Positions 46,173-55,895 of a DNA stretch of 64,000 nt are shown here, in pieces. Below the pieces are notes generated by a model. It was not told the DNA's origin, did no database searches, and saw only the letters and a list, made by a program, of their open reading frames with translations. The DNA is from an uncultured delta proteobacterium. GTDB lineage: Bacteria; Desulfobacterota; Binatia; Binatales; Binataceae. The stretch lies in assembly GCA_963711565.1 (NCBI GenBank), contig CAVQEQ010000001.1, positions 704,001 to 768,000 of the forward strand, read 5' to 3'. The position numbers and the translations under genes were made by a program. How positions within the stretch are numbered: the first letter of the stretch is position 1; each line of letters starts with the position of its first letter.

Positions 46173-47045
46173 ATGAAGATAGGAGTTTCGCTCCCTTTGA
46201 CGGCAGTCTCGGGCGATCCAGGCGCAATCGCGCACGCGGCGGAGAACCTTGGCTTCGAATCCATCTGGAGCGTCGAGCACTCCTGCGTCCCTTCGGGCTA
46301 CACAACTCATTATCCCCGATCGGCCGACGGTAAGGTTCCAGCAATGTACGCGCAGCTGGCCGAGACGTGGGTGGTGCTCGCAATCGCGGCTGCGGCGACT
46401 AAACAAATCAAGCTCGGCACCGGCATTCTACTTCTGGCTCAGCACAACGTGATCGAGACGGCGCGCGCGACGGCAACCCTCGATCTATATTCGGGCGGGC
46501 GGCTGATCCTGGGCGTCGGCGCCGGATGGTTCCGCGAGGAAGCCGAGGTTATGGGCGTACGGTTCGAACAGCGCTGGAAGCATTTGCGGGAGTCGGTCGA
46601 GGCGCTGCGCGTCCTGTGGACGCAGGAGGAAGCGAGCTACGCAGGCGAAATAATCAAGTTTCCCGCGCTGCGGGTAGGTCCCAAGCCGGTACAGAAGCCG
46701 TGCCCACCGATCATGCTCGGCGCGCACGATCCGAAATATGCGCTCAGGCGGGTTGCGCGCTACGCCGACGGCTGGATGCCGGGCGGGCTCTCACCGGACA
46801 AAGCAATGGAATTCATTCCGCAGATCAAGCGGATGGCGCGCGAGTACGGTCGCGATCCCGAGCAACTGCAGTTCTCGGTCGCGCTCGGGACGCGTGGGGA
46901 TGAGCCGACTGCTGACACTCTCAAACGTTACCAATCGGCTGGAGTGAGCCGCATAATCGTGATGGCCACTGCGGCGGCGTCCGGCGACGGAGTTAAGGCT
47001 GTCCGTGACATCGCACCGTTGGTCGAGCGCGCGGCAAAGGTTTAG
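46173..47045 (+). CDS. LLM-class (probably F420-dependent) oxidoreductase
   Basis: AE.LGF.S.W..EH, LGTG, GR..LGVGAGW..EE, PKPVQ. Confidence 0.9.
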   Translation: MKIGVSLPLTAVSGDPGAIAHAAENLGFESIWSVEHSCVPSGYTTHYPRSADGKVPAMYAQLAETWVVLAIAAAATKQIKLGTGILLLAQHNVIETARATATLDLYSGGRLILGVGAGWFREEAEVMGVRFEQRWKHLRESVEALRVLWTQEEASYAGEIIKFPALRVGPKPVQKPCPPIMLGAHDPKYALRRVARYADGWMPGGLSPDKAMEFIPQIKRMAREYGRDPEQLQFSVALGTRGDEPTADTLKRYQSAGVSRIIVMATAAASGDGVKAVRDIAPLVERAAKV

Positions 47046-47083
47046 AGTTCTGCGCCGCCGCCATTCGCCTCAAGGTTGTATCC

Positions 47084-48706
47084 ATGACATCACAAGTCCC
47101 GGTTCTAATAGTGGGCGGGGGTCCGGTAGGGTTGAGTGCGTCGATCTTGCTCTCGCGATTCGGTGTACGATCGATACTGGTTGAACGGCATCCATCGACA
47201 ACTGACCATCCCAAAGCGCGTGGCGTTTACCGACGGACGATGGAGCTCTTCCGCCGATGGGGAGTCGAGGACGCGATTCGCAAGTCTCAACTACCGGACT
47301 CAGATATCGGTTTTATCTGGGCTGAGTCACTCGCTGGGGAAGAACTGGGGCGGGTTCCTCGTCCTCCCAGAACTTTGAACACTCCCGCTCAGACCAGTCT
47401 CGTCTCACAGGACGCGGTCGAAGAAGCATTGTGCGCCAACGCAAAAAGCTGGAACTCTGCCGACCTGCGTTTTTCGACTCAAGTCAACTCGCTGGCGCAG
47501 GACGGGAGCGGAGTTACTGCGGAGATCCGTGGATCCAACGGTGAAGGGGAGACCATCCGCGCCGACTACGTAATCAGTGCGGACGGCGCCTCCAGTCGCG
47601 TCAGGCAGGCCCTGGGAATTGCGATGATTGGGCCCGAGGCGATTTCGCATCAGTTCAATATCTATTTCCGCAGCGACTTGAGCCGATGGTTCAGCCATCG
47701 AGTCTGCGCCGGGTTCTTGTTTGCGGGCGGTGGTTCCCTGCTCAGCGTGAACGGGACCGATCGATGGATCTCTCTGGGCTCATATAATCCCGAGATCGGA
47801 GAAGGGCCGAAGGACTTCACTCCGGAGTTCTGCATCGCGACCGTTCGCCGAATGCTCGGATTGCTGGATCTGCCAGTCGAGATTATCAATACGGCCTTTT
47901 GGACTCTGACCGCGCAGGTTGCGGAACGCTTTCAAAGCGGCAGGACTTTTTTGGCCGGTGATGCGGCGCATCGTTTTCCTCCTACCGGCGGTTTCGGAAT
48001 GAACACGGGCGTGCAAGACGTGCACAACCTCGTCTGGAAACTGGCTGCCGGCATTAAAGGTTGGGCATCTCCGACCCTGCTGGAAAGTTACGCACTCGAG
48101 CGGCGACCGGTGGCGCAATCGAATACGGATTTCAGCGTGATGAATTCCGTACGGTTTGGAGCTCTATATGCCGCCGGTGCTGCTCGAGATTGGCCCAAAA
48201 TGCGAGAGCTGATCGCTGACCAGCGCAAGCATCTCGACAACGAGGGGCAGGACCTCGGGTTCTACTACGATTCAGGCGCGATTGTTTCAGACGGAACGCC
48301 TTCGCCCGTCCGCGATCCGGCGACCTATCGGCCCGATGCGCGACCCGGAAGCCGCGCGCCGCACCTGTGGCTCATCCGCAATGGCCGCAGGATTTCATCG
48401 CTCGATCTCTTTGATACCGGATTCGTATTGCTTGCAGGACAGAAGGGCCAGCCCTGGTGCGCGGCGGCCAGTGAACTTGCATCAAATCTCAACGTGCCGA
48501 TTGAAGCGTTTACCGTAGGGGCAAGCGCCAACGCCGGCTTGACCGACTCTGACGGCGCCTTCCTCGAACTTTACGGACTCAACGAAGCAGGTGCGGTGTT
48601 AGTGCGGCCAGACGGCCACGTCGCCTGGCGCTCCCGAGGGTACGCGGGCGACAGTCGCAGCGAATTGGCAGCTGCCATGCAAAAGATTCTGTGCCGCGAA
48701 GGATGA
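47084..48706 (+). CDS. FAD-dependent monooxygenase (PheA/TfdB family)
   Basis: GGGPVG, ADGA.S.VR, GDAAH..PP.GG.GMN.G..D, LVRPDG. Confidence 0.92.
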   Translation: MTSQVPVLIVGGGPVGLSASILLSRFGVRSILVERHPSTTDHPKARGVYRRTMELFRRWGVEDAIRKSQLPDSDIGFIWAESLAGEELGRVPRPPRTLNTPAQTSLVSQDAVEEALCANAKSWNSADLRFSTQVNSLAQDGSGVTAEIRGSNGEGETIRADYVISADGASSRVRQALGIAMIGPEAISHQFNIYFRSDLSRWFSHRVCAGFLFAGGGSLLSVNGTDRWISLGSYNPEIGEGPKDFTPEFCIATVRRMLGLLDLPVEIINTAFWTLTAQVAERFQSGRTFLAGDAAHRFPPTGGFGMNTGVQDVHNLVWKLAAGIKGWASPTLLESYALERRPVAQSNTDFSVMNSVRFGALYAAGAARDWPKMRELIADQRKHLDNEGQDLGFYYDSGAIVSDGTPSPVRDPATYRPDARPGSRAPHLWLIRNGRRISSLDLFDTGFVLLAGQKGQPWCAAASELASNLNVPIEAFTVGASANAGLTDSDGAFLELYGLNEAGAVLVRPDGHVAWRSRGYAGDSRSELAAAMQKILCREG

Positions 48707-48762
48707 AGCGGGAGTCAATGACGGACCGTCACAGGTTCCGCGCCAACCGCGAAAATTTCTGA

Positions 48763-49944
48763 CTAATGCTTCTGCTTCGCAGCGACCTCCGCGAAATGCT
48801 TTTGTACGGTTTCGGCGGCTGCCGACATGGCTTTGCCCATCAGTTCCTTGCCATTGTCGCGGACCCAATTCAGTGATGCGTCGCGCGCAATGTTGGAGCC
48901 GTTGAAGTGCGGCAGGACGTGACGGGCGAACAACTCGTACGAGCGCTTGGTCGCATCGAAATTCGCCCAGTTGTGCGCAAGCATCAGGATACAGCCGAAG
49001 CCGCCCGACTGTTTCTCCAGCCGCTCGAGCATCGCGATCGCGTCGTCGGGAGTGCCGACAACTGCGCGGCCCGATTCCACCATCGCTTCGGCGGGATCCT
49101 TGGCGCCCAGGTCGTCGCCACTGGCGGTTGGATTGATCGCTGTAAAATATGCGAGCCAGTTGTTCAATCCGTACTTAACGTCGCGCATCGCCTGCTCGCG
49201 GCTCTCGGCGATATGCATCGGCGCGACCAGCCGCAGCACCGAGCGATCCATCTCGCGCCCGTTTTCACGCGCGACATCGCACGCGATCTGCCAGTTGGTG
49301 CCTAGCACGTCGTAGCCGGCCTGCTGCGAGGCGGCCACGCATAGCATCCCTGCCGCATAGCGTCCCGCCAGCTTGCCGCCCGACGGCGTGAAGGTGCTCG
49401 CGACAGCGAATTCCGGACGGGGGCGCGTATAAGGAAGCAGCTGACAGCGCGCTTCCTTCAACGTGTACCATTCGGTTTTCTCGGTCACGGTCTCGCCCGC
49501 GACCAGCCTCAGGATGACGTCGAGCGACTCGGCCATCCGGTCGCGCTGTTTCGAGACCGGCACGCCCAGCATCTCCGCGTCTGACGGCAGCAACCCCGGA
49601 CCGATTCCGAACATCGCTCGTCCCCGCGTCATGTGATCGAGTTGCACGATGCGGTTCGCGACCATCAGAGGATGATGATACGGCAGCGAGATAACGCCGG
49701 TGCCGAGGCGAATCCGCTGGGTGCGTTCCGCGATAGCCGCGATCATCAGCTCAGGCGACGCGATGATCTCGTATCCTGCCGAGTGATGCTCGCCGATCCA
49801 CGCCTCATCGAAGCCGATGCGATCGAGATGCTCGATCAAGTCGATATCGCGGCGGATCGCAAGCGTCGGATCTTCATCGACTGGGTGAAAGGGAGCGAGA
49901 AAGATTCCCGCGCGCAGGCGGTTTGGTCGAATAGCTGGAGTCAT
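48763..49944 (-). CDS. LLM-class flavin monooxygenase (limonene 1,2-monooxygenase-like)
   Basis: GIFLAPFH, GEHHSAG.E.IASPE, G.GPG.LPSDA. Confidence 0.85.
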   Translation of the reverse strand: MTPAIRPNRLRAGIFLAPFHPVDEDPTLAIRRDIDLIEHLDRIGFDEAWIGEHHSAGYEIIASPELMIAAIAERTQRIRLGTGVISLPYHHPLMVANRIVQLDHMTRGRAMFGIGPGLLPSDAEMLGVPVSKQRDRMAESLDVILRLVAGETVTEKTEWYTLKEARCQLLPYTRPRPEFAVASTFTPSGGKLAGRYAAGMLCVAASQQAGYDVLGTNWQIACDVARENGREMDRSVLRLVAPMHIAESREQAMRDVKYGLNNWLAYFTAINPTASGDDLGAKDPAEAMVESGRAVVGTPDDAIAMLERLEKQSGGFGCILMLAHNWANFDATKRSYELFARHVLPHFNGSNIARDASLNWVRDNGKELMGKAMSAAAETVQKHFAEVAAKQKH

Positions 49945-49971
49945 TTGAACCTCAATTGAAAACTTTATCTT

Positions 49972-51384
49972 CTAGTTGGCGATCGCGGCGGGCGGATACG
50001 GCGGCAGGTCCTGTGCTTCGATCGGAGGCTTCGGAGGCCGCTGCATGATTTCATTTACGGCGGCAAGGAACTCGGAATCGCTCATCAGCGATTCCGGAGG
50101 ACGGTTGAGATTGATGACGTTGAACAGCGCCTCTGCGATTACGGGGACGCCGGCACCCTCGCGCAGCACGCGCTCCCAGGCCTCGCCGGCCATCGCGCCG
50201 TCGGAGGCATCCGCTTGTCCAAGCGCCTGGCGATCGCGCGCGACCGAGAGACCCCACGGCTGCCGCACGAACTCAGCCTGACGCTTGAAGAATTCCACCG
50301 GGAATTTCGCGTCGGTCGGATCCATCTCGGCGACCAGCGTCCCGAGCACCTGCGAACATACCGACGCACTCGTCATGCCCTGAGCATACACCGGGTTGAA
50401 CGCGCAGACTGCGTCGGCCATCGCGACGAATCCCGCGGGCCCGCGCCACTTCTCGAAGTGCTTCCACATATTCTGCATTCCCTTGCGATGGAAAATCGGG
50501 GAGATCGGCTTCGAGATCGCCAGGGCCTCCGCCACTATCGGCGAGCGTAGTCTCCCGCATAGCGCGGCGAACGATTCATGATCGGCGGGCAGCGTACGGC
50601 CGCCCCACGACGCCAGCGTCAAGAGAAAGCGGTCTCCTTCGATCGGCAGGATCAATGCGACGTAGTAATCCTCTTCACGCGCCGGCTTGGCCGACGGACT
50701 AAGAAAGATCCCTTTCCACCACCAGCTGGCAGGACGCTGATCCGCGGGCGGCGCCTGGTACCAGCAAGTGCTGTAACCGGCCTGCGCGTCCACGACTTCG
50801 AGCTCGACTTCCGGATAGCCGAGACTCGTCAGCCATTCCGACGCGCGCGAACTACGGCCGCTGCAGTCGACAACCAAGTCGGCATCGAGGCGCGCGACGG
50901 AACCATCGCTGACCTTCCGGGTTTCGACGCCGGTCACGCGCGTAGTATCACCGGGCCTCAAGAACAGCGCCGTGACCTCGGTCGCCTCGATGAATTTGAC
51001 GCGGGGATTGTTCTTGACGCGGTCGCGAATGACCGACTCGATCAGCAGGCGGCTGGCGAACAACATCTGATGTCCGGTGCGGCGCCGCGTGGCCCATCCT
51101 TCCGGATTCAGGGTCGCTAGTTCGAGGCCCGCATCCATATCGAGACCGCCGCGTTGCCGAATCGAATCGTCGAGGCCGGGAAATAGCGCGCTGAGCTCGC
51201 GGCGTCCCCGATCGAGCAGGCCATGCGGATGGCGGCTCTGCGGCACGCCCTTGCGATGGGCAGCGCCTTCGGGCAATTCGTCTCGCTCGATCAGGGTAAC
51301 GCGCTCGAAGTGGTCGGCCAGCACGCGCGCCGCGCACATCCCACCGATGCCTCCGCCGATCACTACAACATGATTCGCCTTCAT
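49972..51384 (-). CDS. FAD-dependent oxidoreductase/epoxidase-like protein
   Basis: GGGIGG, RKGVPQ..H.H, D.SGR.S, DA.C.FNPVY.QGM. Confidence 0.85.
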   Translation of the reverse strand: MKANHVVVIGGGIGGMCAARVLADHFERVTLIERDELPEGAAHRKGVPQSRHPHGLLDRGRRELSALFPGLDDSIRQRGGLDMDAGLELATLNPEGWATRRRTGHQMLFASRLLIESVIRDRVKNNPRVKFIEATEVTALFLRPGDTTRVTGVETRKVSDGSVARLDADLVVDCSGRSSRASEWLTSLGYPEVELEVVDAQAGYSTCWYQAPPADQRPASWWWKGIFLSPSAKPAREEDYYVALILPIEGDRFLLTLASWGGRTLPADHESFAALCGRLRSPIVAEALAISKPISPIFHRKGMQNMWKHFEKWRGPAGFVAMADAVCAFNPVYAQGMTSASVCSQVLGTLVAEMDPTDAKFPVEFFKRQAEFVRQPWGLSVARDRQALGQADASDGAMAGEAWERVLREGAGVPVIAEALFNVINLNRPPESLMSDSEFLAAVNEIMQRPPKPPIEAQDLPPYPPAAIAN

Positions 51385-51434
51385 CTATGTAAATTCACTT
51401 CCCGAGGTCCAAATCCGGTCAGGCCAAATGAGTT

Positions 51435-51484
51435 GGTAAACGACCGTTTACCTGTCAATATAGGGTAGTAAATGACCGTTTACT
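51435..51484. promoter_or_regulatory. Two palindromic TetR operator candidates
   Basis: GGTAAACGACCGTTTACC (51435-51452) and AGTAAATGACCGTTTACT (51467-51484) between divergent genes. Confidence 0.8.
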
Positions 51485-51506
51485 TGTCAACCGCAACGGG
51501 GTCATC

Positions 51507-52175
51507 ATGGGGATCAGATTGAGCATGATTCGAAAATTAAGAAAGGCGCACGCCAGAAAACGAACGAGCGTCGCCCAGCGAGGACGCGGCGACGATGGCC
51601 ACGACGCGATCGAATCGACTCGCGAGCGAATTTTGTCTTCCGCCGCGCGGCTCTTCGCCGAGAATGGCTTCGAGGGCTCGTCGATGCCGGCGATCGCCAA
51701 GGCCAGCGGCATCACCGCGGGCGCGATCTACAAGCATTTCAAGAGCAAGGGCGAACTGCTGCTCGAAGTCGTAAAACGATCGTTCGAGTCCACCCCGCTC
51801 TTCATGCAAAACTCCGCGGGCGCTACAACTACGGCACTCCCACGTCTTGCGTCGGCGTACACCGAACCCGAATTGAAATTGGTTCGCCAGCTTTCCATCG
51901 AGGTGCATTCGGCCGCGAGCAGAGATTCCGATGTCAGGCGCTTGTTGGCGCTCTCAGATGAAGCTGCGATGCAGTATATCTCCGACGCGATCGCGCTGGC
52001 ACAACGCGAAGGTAAACTCGATCCAAAACTCAAGCCGGAGTTCGCGGCGCGTCTGTTTTGCGTATTCGTGATGGGCTTGCTGCATATGGACACCTTGCTG
52101 CCAGGTCTAATCGGGGACAAATCATGGCGCGACTTCGTACGCGAGCGCGTCGCGAAGCTGATTGGAGTTGGCTGA
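51507..52175 (+). CDS. TetR/AcrR family regulator
   Basis: TRERIL..A..LF.E.GF...S...IA...G...GAIY.HF.SK..L. Confidence 0.93.
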   Translation: MGIRLSMIRKLRKAHARKRTSVAQRGRGDDGHDAIESTRERILSSAARLFAENGFEGSSMPAIAKASGITAGAIYKHFKSKGELLLEVVKRSFESTPLFMQNSAGATTTALPRLASAYTEPELKLVRQLSIEVHSAASRDSDVRRLLALSDEAAMQYISDAIALAQREGKLDPKLKPEFAARLFCVFVMGLLHMDTLLPGLIGDKSWRDFVRERVAKLIGVG

Positions 52176-52354
52176 GCAGCAATCACTCCACTCCGGCTGC
52201 GGACACCTTCTATTTGGGGATTATGTCTAACTTGACACCCACATCCCCTTGCCTACAAAATGGGCAGCGCGATGTCCAGTCCTGAGCGGCAGATGCCGCA
52301 GTTTGATCTCCGCTTCAAGGCGTGGGCAAATCCATGCCTAAAGTGGGGAGTAAC

Positions 52355-53092
52355 ATGCCGACAAAGAAAAGACGCGAAATCGCAGGCGGGATTGTATTTG
52401 CGGCGGGTGCCATTGGTCCTGCCATTTCATTCATTCGATGGGTGCTGGATGTGATCAGCGAAGGTCAGACCGCAAGCGATCTATGGCAAGCGGCGAAACC
52501 GTGGGCCAGTTGGATTTACCACGGCACCCCCATCTGGTTGAACGGTGTCTTGATGCTGATCGGAATTGGTTTGCTATTTAGTTCGCGCAAGTCTCGCGTT
52601 GTTGAACCAGAAGGCGCGACCGAACAGCAACCCCCCGACTCTCCGCCCAAATTTCGCGACGTGAATGACTTCTATCGGACGTATGACAACGTATTATTGC
52701 GCGAATGCGAAGATAACGTTCGCAAGATGGCGGCCGAGTATCCACCAAACAAGCAGCGTGAAGATTTTTTGCTTCGCAATATAGCGACTCTCACCGTGCT
52801 CGGAATTTTTGAAATGACGTGGTGGAACATTTTCAAATCTCAGCTTGATGCACTCGATCTGCTCAATAAGAAAAATCTAACACTCGACGAATTGCGTGCA
52901 TTCTATGATGAAGGGAAGACGAATTATCCTCATTTATATGAAGGTCGTTCGTTTGAGGCATGGCTCGCATTCATGCGCAACTATGTATTGATTGTCGAGG
53001 AGGGCGAGATAGTAAAAATCACAGTGCGAGGGAAGGAATTTTTAAAATACATGGTTCATTGCAGTTATGATCCGAAATTGAGAGTCGGTTGA
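52355..53092 (+). CDS. IS passenger: membrane-anchored hypothetical protein with a wHTH-like C-terminus
   Basis: Two N-terminal hydrophobic segments; IFKSQL..L..LN...F..WL.F....LI......ITVRGKEFL; lower GC than the flanks. Confidence 0.7.
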   Translation: MPTKKRREIAGGIVFAAGAIGPAISFIRWVLDVISEGQTASDLWQAAKPWASWIYHGTPIWLNGVLMLIGIGLLFSSRKSRVVEPEGATEQQPPDSPPKFRDVNDFYRTYDNVLLRECEDNVRKMAAEYPPNKQREDFLLRNIATLTVLGIFEMTWWNIFKSQLDALDLLNKKNLTLDELRAFYDEGKTNYPHLYEGRSFEAWLAFMRNYVLIVEEGEIVKITVRGKEFLKYMVHCSYDPKLRVG

Positions 53093-53094
53093 TC

Positions 53095-53259
53095 TCACTT
53101 TATGGACGATGGATTTTGTTTAGGTGATTCTCGTTTTCGATTGTGTTTTTTGCGGCGCGCCGGAGTGATGCCGACCTTGTCAGGATCGACGCGAACGAGG
53201 TGCTTGAGTGCTTCATGGAACGTCAACGGATGGAGTGAAACGGGCTTTGCTTTTGGCAT
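53095..53259 (-). CDS. IS passenger: 54-aa basic protein
   Basis: MPKAKPVSLHPLTFHEALKHLVRVDPDK...; ATG directly follows the upstream TAG. Confidence 0.55.
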   Translation of the reverse strand: MPKAKPVSLHPLTFHEALKHLVRVDPDKVGITPARRKKHNRKRESPKQNPSSIK

Positions 53260-53851
53260 CTAACCTACCTTAGGCGGTTCAGGAGTCGCGGCAGTAGGTG
53301 GCGTTCCAAAACTCCTAATCTGGTCGCGTAAAGCTTCTTCCGCGATCGCGATCCGCTCCATATGTTCAGCCGGATCGGTGAACTCGACGGTATCCTCTCT
53401 CAACGTCGCTAGTTGAATCGGGGGACCGACACCGCCAGGTATCGTTTCAATCACATGCTGCACTGTCCACGTCGCTGCGAATCGCGCTTCAGCTACGGTC
53501 GGTATGGCATCTTTCGACGCCCGCACCGAGCATCGGAGCGGCCGTCGCTGCCCATTGTTGGATAGCGCCTATGCGGTTGCCCACTTCTGTTGTAATCCGA
53601 GTCATTATCTCGACTGGCGTTGTGGTACCGCCTAGGTGCTTACCTTTCCAAAGATTCTCAATCGAATTGTGGGCAAGTTGTGCTATCCCGACTGCGCCAG
53701 ACGCGGCGTAGAGTACCTTGTCATCAATGGCCCAGATTTTGGTAACTAATTGCTGACCGATAGTCTGAATCGCGCCCGCAGAGAACGTAGCGGCACTATC
53801 GGCGGCAATCACTACTCCATCGGAACAGAGGATTCCGACAACAACAGTCAC
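53260..53851 (-). pseudogene. IS passenger: proteasome beta-type (Ntn) protease, disrupted
   Basis: N-terminal (M)TVVVGILCSDGVVIAADS..T...K; C-terminal GGVGPPI in another frame; central part apparently missing. Confidence 0.7.
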
Positions 53852-53854
53852 GGC

Positions 53855-54298
53855 TTATTGCCGAAATATGCTGTTGCGGCGCATTTCAGGATAGGTCTTA
53901 TAGATAGATTTGATAAGAGTCTCAAATGAATTATGCCGTGCCCAGCTCACTACTGCGTCCAGATATTTGACTGCTACCTCGTCTAGTCCGGATCGTAATT
54001 CCGCGGCTCGTGCTATGCCCGCTATTGTAGCGATATAGACGCGATGGGAAGCTACCTGCATAGAAATTTCTACGAGTCGTTCCAACTCTAAGATATTTGC
54101 ATCGGAATAGATCGCCGCGCTGAAGGGGCCGTAATCGTATGGTTTAAACTCATAGAACTGCTTACACTTTCGTTGAGCCGCAGTGAGATTTTGACTTATC
54201 AGGAATAGGCTCTTTTGAAGTTGAACAGGGCTGAGCGGTTCGCCCTTCGCCGCGGCGATGGTGAGAAGCGTCCAATCTTTAGGCGACAAAATCATCAT
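53855..54298 (-). CDS. IS passenger: Panacea/SocA (DUF4065)-like protein
   Basis: LQKSLFL, YEFKPYDYGPFS..IY, L...IY..YP motifs. Confidence 0.65.
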   Translation of the reverse strand: MMILSPKDWTLLTIAAAKGEPLSPVQLQKSLFLISQNLTAAQRKCKQFYEFKPYDYGPFSAAIYSDANILELERLVEISMQVASHRVYIATIAGIARAAELRSGLDEVAVKYLDAVVSWARHNSFETLIKSIYKTYPEMRRNSIFRQ

Positions 54299-54443
54299 AA
54301 AGAGTGTATAGACTCCAACAGAGTGCGTCAAATCTGCTTTGGTTTACGCAATAGACGGGGAAATGGCAAGCGGAATTGACCGCCCCTGTCTATGACCAGA
54401 TGGCTGGCTTTGTCCGGCTGAGGTTTCCGCCAGCGAGCTGACC

Positions 54444-55373
54444 TCAGCATCCTGCTATCACGTCGAAGAAAATATTCTTGTTGTCGCGATTGTTGAAGCG
54501 ATACTGAAACTTCGCAAGGTACAGCGGCAGATATTTCTTGCTCACGTTATGGTAGGTGCCGAGCACGCCACGCTTGAGCAGCGACCAGAACGATTCGACG
54601 CTATTCGTATGGACCTCGCCGCGCACGTACTCGCCGGTACTGTGCGAGATCACTTCGTGCGGCATCGCCCATTTCAGATAGCGATAGCCGGAGTGTTCAT
54701 CGGTCGCGACCAGCTTCACTTTATCGCTGACGGTATCGCGCACGAATCGAGTCAGCGTCTCGGTATCGGTGTTCTCGATCATCTTGCAGACCACGTTTCC
54801 CTTGCGGCTGATCGCGCCAATGACGGGAATCTTGCCAGCGGTGCCGCGTCCGCCCTGCTTCTTGTTGAAGTGGCGATTCTTTTCTTTGCCGCCGATATAG
54901 GTTTCGTCAACCTCGACCGTGCCGAGCAACTTCGCCAGCCCGTCATCCTTCATCGCGGCGCGAATACGCATCACCATGTACCACGCCGTGCGGTAATCGC
55001 CGCTTCCGATCTGGCGATGGATTTGAAGCGCGCTGATTCCCTTCTTGCTCTGAGTCATCAGGTAGATCACCTGAAACCAAGTCGAGAGCGGGTAGTTGGT
55101 ATTCTCGAAAATGGTTTTCGTGATGACGCTGAATCGGTAGCCATTGCGCTTGCCGCAATCTGCGTTCTTGCAGATCCAATGGAAGGGGCGTGCCTTCAAT
55201 TCGTATATGCGCTCGCTCTTGCCGCATCGCGGGCATTTCACGTCATCCGGCCAGCGCATATCGCGCAACAGCATTTTGCACGCCGTCTCGTCGCTGAACT
55301 GTTTCATCAACTGAGCGAGCGTGATGTTGGGCTGAGTGCAGAGCGGCTTGCCAGCTTCAACGGATTTCTTCAT
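54444..55373 (-). CDS. IS1595-family DDE transposase
   Basis: CPRC...C zinc ribbon, KGISA.Q, VEVDETYIGG, TDE..GY, HTN.VE.FW..LKR. Confidence 0.95.
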   Translation of the reverse strand: MKKSVEAGKPLCTQPNITLAQLMKQFSDETACKMLLRDMRWPDDVKCPRCGKSERIYELKARPFHWICKNADCGKRNGYRFSVITKTIFENTNYPLSTWFQVIYLMTQSKKGISALQIHRQIGSGDYRTAWYMVMRIRAAMKDDGLAKLLGTVEVDETYIGGKEKNRHFNKKQGGRGTAGKIPVIGAISRKGNVVCKMIENTDTETLTRFVRDTVSDKVKLVATDEHSGYRYLKWAMPHEVISHSTGEYVRGEVHTNSVESFWSLLKRGVLGTYHNVSKKYLPLYLAKFQYRFNNRDNKNIFFDVIAGC

Positions 55374-55427
55374 ACAGAGAAATATAAGGCTTTTTGCGTC
55401 GGGTGTCAAGCCCAACATAATCCCCTT

Positions 55428-55720
55428 CTATTTGGCTTTCTTGCCCTTGCCGGTGAGCTTCACCGATTGCGGATCGCGTTCCGCATTGTCGATGATCATC
55501 AGGGTGGCGTCCTGGGTCGCCGCTTTCGTCAGAGACCAAAGAAACCTGGGCCTTGCACGATTATCTGGCCGCTTACGATCAGGTCACCGACGCCGGTCAG
55601 ATTTCCCTGCACGAACAGATTGCCGTTCACACCAAGGACTGCGTTGCTAAGGGCCAGATTACCCTTAACCGTCACGCCAGCGTTGGTGTAAACAAACCCG
55701 GCAATTGTTACGGGAGGCTG
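55428..55720 (-). pseudogene. Remnants of a surface-protein gene (beta-helix-like stretch and Ig/ASH-domain tail)
   Basis: Startless frames GVTVKGNLALSNAVLGVNGNLFVQGNL... and ATLMIIDNAERDPQSVKLTGKGKKAK*. Confidence 0.4.
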
Positions 55721-55895
55721 CTAACGCTGCCAAAGGAGCGAATGCGATCGCTCAATAGACCCTTCTTTTCAGGCCTCAATCTTCGGTATGTCTTTGATGG
55801 ATTCGTTCTCGAAAGCGCGGTACAACGTCGAGCGGCGGTCAGAGAGCCCAACCGTTGAAAGAGCAAGATAAACGGTCAAGAGGTTGCGACGGAAA

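Larger units (their letters stand above)
52216..55425 (-). mobile_element. IS1595-family transporter IS (3210 bp) with passenger genes
   Basis: TIRs GGGGATTATGT-N4-CTTGACACCC at 52216-52240 and 55401-55425 (21/25 match); TSD TTCTATTT at 52208-52215 and 55426-55433. Confidence 0.93.
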
